Below are positions 62,325 through 64,000 of a stretch of DNA of 64,000 bases, piece by piece (the stretch's first letter is position 1; every line of letters starts with the position of its first letter). The stretch comes from Verrucomicrobiales bacterium (GTDB lineage Bacteria > Verrucomicrobiota > Verrucomicrobiia > Verrucomicrobiales > DEV007). The DNA is taken from contig JBLXHA010000014.1 of assembly GCA_048260165.1 (NCBI GenBank), forward strand, positions 62,882 to 126,881, written 5' to 3'. The notes beneath the pieces are model-generated. The model saw nothing but the letters and a program-made list of their open reading frames with translations, searched no databases and was not told the DNA's origin. A program made the translations under genes and the position numbers.

Positions 62325-64000
62325 ATGACGCACCTGAAAACGCTCCGACCTCACTACTGGCTCCCCCTCGTTCTCCTCGCTGTTTTTGTCGCCGTCGCGA
62401 TCGGACAGGACAAAGCGACCACGCCAACGACGACCGCCGGACTCGCGAAAATCGACATCACTCCCCACGTTCCGGTTCGCATGGTCGGATACGCATCACG
62501 CGGCTATGAGGGAACCCCTGACAAAAACAAACTCTTCGCTCGCGCTCTCGCGATCGGGGATTCCGACGGGGAACTCGGTTCACTGATGATCACCGTCGAG
62601 CTGCTCGGAGTGCCCCGTTCGCTGCGGGACCGAGTCTTTGAAGGGCTCACCGATAAGCTCGGTATCAGCGCGGAGAAATTTGCGATCTCCGCGACCCACA
62701 CGCACGGGGGCCCGTCCCTGAGCAACTACATGCAGGAAATGCATTTCTGCAAAATCCTCCCACCGGAAGAGAAAGCCCACATCGACGAATACACCGACGA
62801 GCTCGTGAAGCGTTTGATTTCCGTCGGCGTTCAGGCCGCAGAGGCGAGAGAGCCCGCGACGCTGCGCTGGGGCGAAGGGCGCGCCGGTTTCGCGATGAAC
62901 CGACGCATCGTCAAAGACGGAAAGTGGGCGGGAATGCGACCGAATCCGGCAGGGAGCGTCGACCACAGCTTACCGGTTCTCACGGTGACTTCCGCAGACG
63001 ATGACGGGAAGGTTCTCGGCGTCTTTTTGAGCTACGCCTGTCACTGCACTTCCTACGCACCGCCGAAGAAAGGCTTTCACGGTGACTGGGCGGGAGCCGC
63101 GGCGATGACAGTGGAATCCCGCTACCCTGACAGCGTCGCGCTCGTTGCGGCAGGTTGCGGGGCCGATGCCAATCCTGATCCCCGCACCGCGGACGCCGCT
63201 CCCTTCATCGCCAAACACGGCAACGAAATCGCGGATCAGGTCGACGCGGTGATCGGCGATCACGGCCGAACTTTCCAACTCACCGCTCCGCCGGAATGCC
63301 GGACCCAAACCGTTCAGCTTCCCCTCGCCTCCCAGCCGGACCGGAAGGAACTCGAGAGCTGGGTCGCAGGAAAAGATAAACGGAGAGCGTTCTACGGCCG
63401 GATCTGGCTCGACCGCATCGACGCGGGAAAAGCCGTTCCGAAAACCTTCGACTATCTCATACAGACCTGGCAGTTCCCCGGGGAGAACAACAAAAGTCTC
63501 ACGACTGCGTTTCTGCCGGGCGAGGTCACTTCGGGCTATTCGCTGCGGATCAAAAAGGAACTCAACACGCCGGAGAGACACAACTGGGTCATCGGGTATG
63601 CCAATGAGTCGCCCTGTTACATCACCACGAAAAAGGAGATCCTCGAAGGCGGTTACGAAGTCGTTCAGTCGATGGTTTCCTATGACAAGCCGTCGCCTCT
63701 CGCGCCGGAAACCGAAGACATCATCGTCGACACCGTCGCGGAACTCGCGGGCGGACGTCCTGACCAAAGCGCCAGGAATCTCCCGCCCCGGCCGCGACCG
63801 AACGACGAACCGCTCACACCGGAGGAAGCGCTCGCGTCGATGCACACCAAGCCCGGCTTGAAAATCGAACTCGTCGCCGCGGAACCGCTCGTGATGGATC
63901 CGGTGGCGTTCGACTGGGGTCCCGATGGACGTCTCTGGGTCGTCGAAATGCGCGACTACCCCAACGGCCTGACCTGGAACAAGCTCGATGATCCGCTCAA
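62325..64000 (+). CDS. neutral-ceramidase-like domain fused to a PVC-type membrane-bound-dehydrogenase domain; 3' end outside the window
   Basis: Hand-translated and not in the track because it has no stop: MTHLKTLRPHYWLPLVLLAVFVAVAIG... LAKIDITPHVPVRMVGYASRG ... ISATHTHGGPS ... From about nt 63810: LTPEEALASMHTKPGLKIELVAAEPLVMDPVAFDWGPDGRLWVVEMRDYPNG (Piru_Ver_Nterm/TIGR02604-like). Confidence 0.8.
   Translation, partial: MTHLKTLRPHYWLPLVLLAVFVAVAIGQDKATTPTTTAGLAKIDITPHVPVRMVGYASRGYEGTPDKNKLFARALAIGDSDGELGSLMITVELLGVPRSLRDRVFEGLTDKLGISAEKFAISATHTHGGPSLSNYMQEMHFCKILPPEEKAHIDEYTDELVKRLISVGVQAAEAREPATLRWGEGRAGFAMNRRIVKDGKWAGMRPNPAGSVDHSLPVLTVTSADDDGKVLGVFLSYACHCTSYAPPKKGFHGDWAGAAAMTVESRYPDSVALVAAGCGADANPDPRTADAAPFIAKHGNEIADQVDAVIGDHGRTFQLTAPPECRTQTVQLPLASQPDRKELESWVAGKDKRRAFYGRIWLDRIDAGKAVPKTFDYLIQTWQFPGENNKSLTTAFLPGEVTSGYSLRIKKELNTPERHNWVIGYANESPCYITTKKEILEGGYEVVQSMVSYDKPSPLAPETEDIIVDTVAELAGGRPDQSARNLPPRPRPNDEPLTPEEALASMHTKPGLKIELVAAEPLVMDPVAFDWGPDGRLWVVEMRDYPNGLTWNKLDDPL

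Overview
This 64-kb window is high-GC, roughly 55-65% by hand counts of single 60-nt lines. The gene content suggests a PVC-group bacterium, most likely Verrucomicrobiota. Supporting genes are three signal-peptide sulfatases, a DUF1549/DUF1553 protein, PSCyt-type CxxCH proteins and a Piru_Ver_Nterm-type dehydrogenase domain; the taxon is an inference. Most of the window is ordinary chromosome. It holds housekeeping genes (gpmI, cdsA, dxr, ROK kinase, a POT transporter, tRNA-Gln, tRNA-Arg), secreted glycan and lipid degradation genes, and a stress cluster at 42.8-57.8 kb with four universal-stress-protein genes. That cluster also has two PAS/HisKA_3 kinases and one NarL-type regulator. The stand-out region is a visibly lower-GC island at about 32.0-41.3 kb (roughly 40-50% in spot counts), with every gene on the minus strand. 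In transcription order it encodes hsdR, an embedded Abi_2 gene, a fused hsdM-hsdS gene, a tiny acidic ORF and an Mrr-like nuclease. These are followed by an unnamed three-gene cassette, HEPN-like / small P-loop-like / HEPN-like, at 32019-33862. I consider this cassette the best candidate for an undescribed defence module. The island has no integrase or transposase. It is bordered by unusual repeat structures: a 4 x ~179-bp tandem array bracketed by ~65-bp direct repeats, and a palindrome-rich ~190-bp interspersed repeat family that also brackets a single EEP-nuclease gene. A second point of interest is a divergent pair at 24.4-29.3 kb. It pairs a membrane protein with a C39-like N-terminal domain against a ~1230-aa TerB-like / FHA-like / ABCG-type transporter fusion. 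All functional calls rest on motifs read by eye from the translations; no database search was possible.
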